NCBI GenBank assembly: GCA_902515155.1 | Contig: CABXTT010000004.1 | Span: forward strand, 1-60,531 | DNA length: 60,531 bases | Direction of reading: 5' to 3' | Source: an uncultured SAR86 cluster bacterium | Lineage (GTDB): Bacteria; Pseudomonadota; Gammaproteobacteria; Magnimaribacterales; D2472 | Part shown: one piece after another, positions 60,051 to 60,531 of the stretch | How the letters are laid out: each line of letters begins with the position of its first letter | Position numbering within the stretch: position 1 is the stretch's first letter | The notes under the pieces: generated by a model | What the model saw: only the letters and a program-made list of their open reading frames with translations | Told to the model about the DNA's origin: nothing | Databases searched by the model: none | Program-made: the position numbers and the translations under genes

Positions 60051-60531
60051 TTAATAAATAGCTTCCTGCCTAAACCAAAGATTTACCGCCCATTTCTCTC
60101 CTTTGATAACTGGAGACCCTCCATGAAGAGCTTTAGGATGAATATCACTAGTTCCCTCAACACAATTATGAAATATAACTGCATCCCCCTTGCTTGGTTT
60201 AATAGAAACTCCAACATCAGGAAAATCAGTTTCACCACCTTCATCAACATCATTTAGATATGCAAGGGCTGTTAATACTCTTTGGCCACCTGGAAACCAG
60301 TTATTTCTTCCCTCTTCAGTATTTTTATCAAATGCGTCAAAGTGAGGTTTATATTCGTTGCCCGGACCATAGAAAACTAGCTGATACTGCTCAGCGTTAT
60401 TAATGGGCATTTTGGCCAAAATAGAAAATCTTTTACTAGCCTCATGCACTATTTCGTTTGTGTCATGCGGCACCCAACAGTTATAACTTGTTCTAGCAGC
60501 ATGAACCTCATGCTCTCCATCAGAAATTACG
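60051..60531 (-). CDS. 2OG-Fe(II) oxygenase, prolyl-4-hydroxylase-like (3' part; start beyond the window)
   Basis: Frame open to the window end (..HAARTSYNCWVPH..); HFD, YLNDVDEGGET, HGGSPV and GEKW. Confidence 0.9.
   Translation of the reverse strand, partial: VISDGEHEVHAARTSYNCWVPHDTNEIVHEASKRFSILAKMPINNAEQYQLVFYGPGNEYKPHFDAFDKNTEEGRNNWFPGGQRVLTALAYLNDVDEGGETDFPDVGVSIKPSKGDAVIFHNCVEGTSDIHPKALHGGSPVIKGEKWAVNLWFRQEAIY

Noticed and set aside
1-60531. CRISPR arrays, IS elements, prophage, defence systems, rRNA, stop-codon recoding
   Set aside because: No spaced direct repeats, transposase, integrase, phage structural or nuclease cassettes seen; TGA, TAG and TAA all end genes at expected positions

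Overview
AT-rich, very compact chromosomal segment with frequent ATGA/TAATG gene overlaps, from a streamlined gammaproteobacterium. Gene content and order are consistent with a marine oligotroph such as SAR86 (inference). It is mostly core housekeeping genes: hppA (partial), rubredoxin, ubiCA, glnII-ntrBC, gpmA, mutY-yggX, tRNA-Phe, rppH-lgt-thyA-folA, a six-gene TonB/TtpC energiser operon, an ACE-like M2 peptidase, efp-argS, yggS-proC-yggT-metXW-rdgB-hemW, trmB, rpoH, a split TRAP transporter, lipBA, uvrD and an RpiR regulator. I saw no CRISPR array, integrase, transposase or rRNA. Main signals: (1) apparent in-place replacement of conserved core genes by foreign isoenzymes, namely type II glutamine synthetase under an intact sigma54/NtrC promoter, a short alphaproteobacterial-type GpmA and a T4-phage-like ThyA; (2) a micro-island whose unknown secreted protein has a sigmaE-type promoter and a predicted Asp-His-His N-terminus; (3) a codon-atypical dimethylglycine-oxidase-like gene next to tRNA-Phe; (4) a coupled uvrD-dctP-lipB-lipA operon; (5) a one-base frameshift in a DUF805 gene; (6) several apparently leaderless genes; (7) two small genes missed by the ORF track. 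All family assignments come from motif recognition, not database searches.
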